A stretch of DNA of 62,790 nt, the filler included, from an uncultured Methanosarcinales archaeon (GTDB lineage: Archaea; Nanobdellota; Nanobdellia; Woesearchaeales; CAYXTQ01), in assembly GCA_964608065.1 (NCBI GenBank). It is 8 parts of 8 records of this genome, joined end to end, with 100 filler letters (N's around TTAATTAATTAA, not from the genome) between each part and the next. Parts side by side here need not be neighbours in the genome. Positions count along the whole stretch, not along the records: positions 55,975 to 62,790 come from CAZSMA010000077.1; 7 more parts are not named here. The stretch is one strand, 5' to 3'. This document shows, one piece after another, positions 58,900 to 62,790 of the stretch. The notes under the pieces are model-generated. The model was not told where the DNA came from, searched no databases, and saw only the letters and a program-made list of their open reading frames with translations. Within the stretch, counting starts at the first letter, position 1. The number at the start of each line of letters is the position of its first letter. Both the position numbers and the translations under genes were made by a program.

Positions 58900-59163
58900 T
58901 CATTGACTTATATTCATCGTTTGATTCGTTTCATTGATCATGCTTTGGTTTGTTTCATTGACTACAGGCATCCATTGTTGGTCAGAAGCAAATTCTACTG
59001 TGTTTTTTGTGCTTTTTCCGACTTGGAATAACCATTTACCAAAGTCTATAATAAAACTTTTTGTATCATCAAAATCTTCTATTGGTTCATAACTGTTTGC
59101 TTTTATTATGATCCAAGCTCCAATTATTATGAATATTATTATTATCCAACTTAGTTTTACCAT
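58900..59163 (-). CDS. Small membrane-anchored hypothetical protein
   Basis: N-terminal TM segment. Confidence 0.6.
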   Translation of the reverse strand: MVKLSWIIIIFIIIGAWIIIKANSYEPIEDFDDTKSFIIDFGKWLFQVGKSTKNTVEFASDQQWMPVVNETNQSMINETNQTMNISQ

Positions 59164-59169
59164 TTTTTT

Positions 59170-59985
59170 TTATAACCTCTTAACCTCAATACTTATTGCT
59201 TTAGCTTTAACCCTTATGTAAAAAGGACAAATGCGTAATTGATATTTATGTTTATTGCAATAGTTTATAATCTTTTCTTTTTCTTGTTTATCTTTGAATT
59301 TTATTACTACATTAATTCCTTGTTTGTCTTTATGGATTATGTTATAATGTTTTAAATCATTTTTTATTTTATTGTTTATTTTTTCTAAATATTTATATCT
59401 GCTATCTAGATTATTTAATTTTTCCAGTAAGGGCTTGTAATATTTTTCTTCAAAAATTGTTAAGTTGAATATCTCTTTAGGTTTATCAAATAATTCTTTT
59501 TTATTTACAGCTACAAACCCACCATAACCTAAATTAACTGGTTTACCATCTCCAAAGCTTCCTATCATAATATCACAGTATTTGCTGTAATCTTTTAATC
59601 CAATAGAACCTGAAACATCTAATATGACCAGACATTTGTTTTTGCAGATATTGTAGATTTCTTTGACTGGTTGTTCTGCAAAATATCCTGCAGGTGTGCT
59701 GTATAACAGACAGTTTGCACCTTTAACTTTTTTTTTCAAATCGTTTAAGTCTAAAATTCCATGATATGTTTTTACTTCTACAATATTTTGCTCTAAATAG
59801 AGTGGATATTTTTTGTAAGTAAACCATCCTCCCTGGTCTGGTATTAAAACCACTTTTTTAGGATTAATCTTTCTTGTACAGTAAAGTGCACTAAATATAG
59901 CAGTATTACCTCTAGAGGTTAACTCTATATATTTCATATTTGTACTTTTTTTTAATAGATCCAAAACCTTTTGTTTCATATTCAA
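59170..59985 (-). CDS. DegT/DnrJ-like PLP-dependent fold protein
   Basis: TSRGNTAI, ILDVSGSIG, SFGDGKPVNLGYGG. Confidence 0.7.
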   Translation of the reverse strand: MNMKQKVLDLLKKSTNMKYIELTSRGNTAIFSALYCTRKINPKKVVLIPDQGGWFTYKKYPLYLEQNIVEVKTYHGILDLNDLKKKVKGANCLLYSTPAGYFAEQPVKEIYNICKNKCLVILDVSGSIGLKDYSKYCDIMIGSFGDGKPVNLGYGGFVAVNKKELFDKPKEIFNLTIFEEKYYKPLLEKLNNLDSRYKYLEKINNKIKNDLKHYNIIHKDKQGINVVIKFKDKQEKEKIINYCNKHKYQLRICPFYIRVKAKAISIEVKRL

Positions 59986-60033
59986 TCTATATTTAGTATA
60001 AATTTATAAATATATTGAAAATTAAAGATAATA

Positions 60034-60513
60034 ATGACATATTATGATAAAATATCTAAAGGATATAATGAATTACACGGAGAAGAACAGCTGAAAAAGG
60101 TAAATATTATACTGCATAATATAAAGCTAAAGAAAGAAGACAAACTATTAGATGTTGGATGCGGAACAGGGTTTTATCATGGACTATTCAAATGTGAGGT
60201 TACTGGAGTAGATCCTTCTGAAGAATTATTAAAACAGTGTAAAAGTAAAACTGTAAAATCTTCAGCTGAAAAACTTCCTTTCAAAGACAATGAATTTGAC
60301 TGGGTTATTAGTATTACATCTGTACACAACTTCAAAGATATAGAAAAAGGTCTGGATGAAATAAAAAGGGTTGGAAATCAGTATGTTTTAACTGTTTTGA
60401 AGAAATCCAGTAAATTCAATAAAATAGATGAATTAATAAGAACAAAGTTTAATATAAAAAAAATAATCATTGAAGAAAAAGATGCAATATACTTTCTTAA
60501 GGAAAAGATTTAA
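60034..60513 (+). CDS. Class I SAM-dependent methyltransferase
   Basis: LLDVGCGTG, GVDPS, AEKLPF..FD. Confidence 0.9.
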   Translation: MTYYDKISKGYNELHGEEQLKKVNIILHNIKLKKEDKLLDVGCGTGFYHGLFKCEVTGVDPSEELLKQCKSKTVKSSAEKLPFKDNEFDWVISITSVHNFKDIEKGLDEIKRVGNQYVLTVLKKSSKFNKIDELIRTKFNIKKIIIEEKDAIYFLKEKI

Positions 60514-60550
60514 ATAATATTAATCTTTGAATTTTATTGAGGTGGTATTA

Positions 60551-60676
60551 ATGGCATTACCAACATGGGTTTGGATTGTAGGAGGAATAGTATTGATATT
60601 TCTGTGGTTGCTTTCTAAAAATAAGAAACCAGAAGTGGCATCAGCAAGACCAGCAAGACCAAAACAGAAGAAATAG
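60551..60676 (+). CDS. Single-TM microprotein (41 aa)
   Basis: MALPTWVWIVGGIVLIFLWLLSKNKK..; GAGGTGG RBS and upstream TATA box. Confidence 0.65.
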   Translation: MALPTWVWIVGGIVLIFLWLLSKNKKPEVASARPARPKQKK

Positions 60677-60721
60677 TATTTTAACACAAATTATATATAT
60701 TAGCTTTCTCTAAATATAATT

Positions 60722-61216
60722 ATGCCACTTTATAATCCAAGACAAACAGTCCTTGTAACTTGCAGGGATTCTATAAAAGATAAATTTACAGAAGAAGTAA
60801 CTGTAAAAGATAATATAATAGTATTAGACTGGCATATGCCTTTGAGTTTTGATCCTTTTTTATATGCAATCTCCATAGGAAAAAAAAGATTTTCATTAGA
60901 CTTAATAAAAAAAAGCAAAGTTTTTGCTGTAAACTTCATGCCTTTACATCTTGAAGAAGATGTATTATTCTGCGGCAGAAACTCAGGAGAGCATTTGGAT
61001 AAGTTTAAGGAAACTAATTTAACAAAAGAAGAAGCGAAAAAAATAGAATGCCCAAGAATAAAGCAAGCTTTAGCTTATCTAGAATGTGAAGTTATACAGG
61101 AAGTAGAAACAGGAGACCATATACTATTTATAGGAAAAGTATTAAATTCAGATGAAAATAATAAAGGAAAAAGAATCTTCCATGTAGAAGATGATAATTT
61201 CACAACAACCCAATGA
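60722..61216 (+). CDS. Flavin reductase family protein
   Basis: SFDP, FAVN, CGRNSG..DKF, LECEV, GDHILFIGKV. Confidence 0.9.
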   Translation: MPLYNPRQTVLVTCRDSIKDKFTEEVTVKDNIIVLDWHMPLSFDPFLYAISIGKKRFSLDLIKKSKVFAVNFMPLHLEEDVLFCGRNSGEHLDKFKETNLTKEEAKKIECPRIKQALAYLECEVIQEVETGDHILFIGKVLNSDENNKGKRIFHVEDDNFTTTQ

Positions 61217-61228
61217 GGTGATTTTTTT

Positions 61229-61543
61229 ATGTCAAAAGAAGAAATAGAAGAACTTGCTCAATCATTGAAAAACTCTGGCTTAGCAGCAAGTATTGAAGAT
61301 GCAAGAAAAAGGGCAGAAGAAATGCTGAATAAGAAAAACAAAGGCCAGAATATAAAAGTTGGAGAAAAGCCCGAAGAACAAAAGAAGGAAGTTAAAGAAG
61401 AAGAAACTGAAGAAGTTGAAGAGCCAAAAGAAGAAAAACAAGAAGAACTATTTGTAACCAAAGAAGTAGAAGAAGAAGCAAAGAAAGAACCAGAAAAACC
61501 AGAAGCAGATTTAACAAAATTCTTTTACTCTGGAAGTAAATAA
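61229..61543 (+). CDS. Acidic hypothetical protein
   Basis: GAGGTGA RBS; LKNSGLAAS..A. Confidence 0.65.
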   Translation: MSKEEIEELAQSLKNSGLAASIEDARKRAEEMLNKKNKGQNIKVGEKPEEQKKEVKEEETEEVEEPKEEKQEELFVTKEVEEEAKKEPEKPEADLTKFFYSGSK

Positions 61544-61718
61544 CTTCAACTGAAATTAAAGCTATGGTAATTGATTTATATAAGAGAAGATTTCTATAAA
61601 TTAGTAAATAAAACACCTATCTTAACATATATATTGAATAACAACAATATTTAAATAGGGTATAGTTAATTACTGTTAAATAATACTAAAAATAGACTAT
61701 TAGGGGGTCGTAAAAAAA

Positions 61719-62790
61719 ATGAAACTTTTGAACACAAGTGAAAAAGGTTTGGAAAAGAATTTTCCAAAAAAAATATTAATTGGAATTTTAATGTTATTTG
61801 CATTGGCATTAAGTGTTAGTGCAAACCCAGTTTTGGATGCAATTGCAAACCAAACAATTGATGAAAGTCAGACACTAAATTTTGATATAACTGGAAGCAA
61901 TCCAGACAATGGAACTTCTGTATTTACAGACAATGCAGCATTTGGAACATTAACCAAAAATAATGATACAAGCGCAACATTTACCTGGACACCAGGTTAT
62001 GATGACGCAGGAGTTTATAATGTGATGTTTACAGCAGCTGATGATGACTCATCTGATTCTAAGAATATGACAATCACAGTTAATAATGTTAACAGAGCTC
62101 CTTTAATTGATTTACCAGCTTCAGAAACAATTATACAAGGTTTTTCTGGAACTCTTGACTTAGATACATATGCATCAGATCCAGACACAGGTGCTACTTT
62201 AACATATACTCCAAGTTCTAAGAATGAATCAGAAGTTAATTGTACTGTAAGTGGAAGTATATTAACAATGACTTCTGGAGATTTTACAGGAGCAACAAGC
62301 TGTACAGTAAAGGTTAGTGATTCAAGCTTAGAAGCAAATGATACAATAGATATCACGGTTGAAGCACAGAATCCAAGTATTGATGTTGGTTCAATTAATT
62401 TCGGAAATGAAAACCTGAATACAACTACAGATTCAGTATCATTCAATATAATGAATAATGGTAACATGAATCTGAATAATATCGTTATTTCGTGGGATTC
62501 AGCTTATGATAAATACAACATAAACTTTACAAACGGTGTAACATCAACATTAAATGTTGGTGCAACAGACACTGCTACAGTAAAGATGGATATTCCAGCT
62601 GATCAATCAGCAGGAAGCTTGACAGTACCTGTCCAGTTTACAAGTAATGAGTTAACAACTACATTTAATCTTGAAGCAAATGTTCAAGGAAGATTAAGGA
62701 TAACTGATTTAGACATAAAAGTTGATGATAAGACTGACAGTAACTTAGAAAATAAAGAAGATGATTACCATATTGGAGAGAAAGCACAGC
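61719..62790 (+). CDS. Putative S-layer/cadherin-like Ig-domain surface protein (runs off the window end)
   Basis: Manual translation MKLLN..LALSVSA|NPVLDAI..FTWTPGYDDAG..VNNVNRAP; no stop seen before the end. Confidence 0.8.
   Translation, partial: MKLLNTSEKGLEKNFPKKILIGILMLFALALSVSANPVLDAIANQTIDESQTLNFDITGSNPDNGTSVFTDNAAFGTLTKNNDTSATFTWTPGYDDAGVYNVMFTAADDDSSDSKNMTITVNNVNRAPLIDLPASETIIQGFSGTLDLDTYASDPDTGATLTYTPSSKNESEVNCTVSGSILTMTSGDFTGATSCTVKVSDSSLEANDTIDITVEAQNPSIDVGSINFGNENLNTTTDSVSFNIMNNGNMNLNNIVISWDSAYDKYNINFTNGVTSTLNVGATDTATVKMDIPADQSAGSLTVPVQFTSNELTTTFNLEANVQGRLRITDLDIKVDDKTDSNLENKEDDYHIGEKAQ

Overview
AT-rich archaeal DNA, most likely a DPANN (Woesearchaeota-like) metagenome-assembled genome. 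This is an inference from the gene set (exosome/proteasome operon, rps19e-rpl39e-rpl31e, ftsZ-secE-spt5-rpl11, gyrB, many Cys-rich and secreted proteins). The window is not contiguous. It holds eight contigs of 7-8 kb, in decreasing size order, joined by 100-nt N/TTAATTAATTAA linkers, so synteny across joins means nothing. Most genes are housekeeping. The standout is contig 2 (8244-16367), an accessory/defence hotspot in front of a large secreted protein. It has (i) a 501-aa intein with no homing endonuclease that instead holds a complete promoter-antitoxin-PIN toxin operon on the opposite strand while the intein frame stays open. It has (ii) accessory nuclease genes separated by orphan copies of the secreted protein's signal peptide, all broken at the same codon, like a cassette array. 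It has (iii) a DUF3800-like gene followed by a candidate antisense small RNA. Elsewhere: a tRNA-Val(CAC) with three BHB-type introns, two of them paralogous; a family of nested-hairpin palindromic inserts found next to promoters and in-frame inside proteins; an HNH-bearing intein in the second of two tandem deoxyhypusine synthase genes; a 49-bp repeat that precedes both a free-standing LAGLIDADG gene and a LAGLIDADG remnant; and several unannotated microproteins and structured RNA candidates. All family calls come from motif recognition by eye, not database searches.
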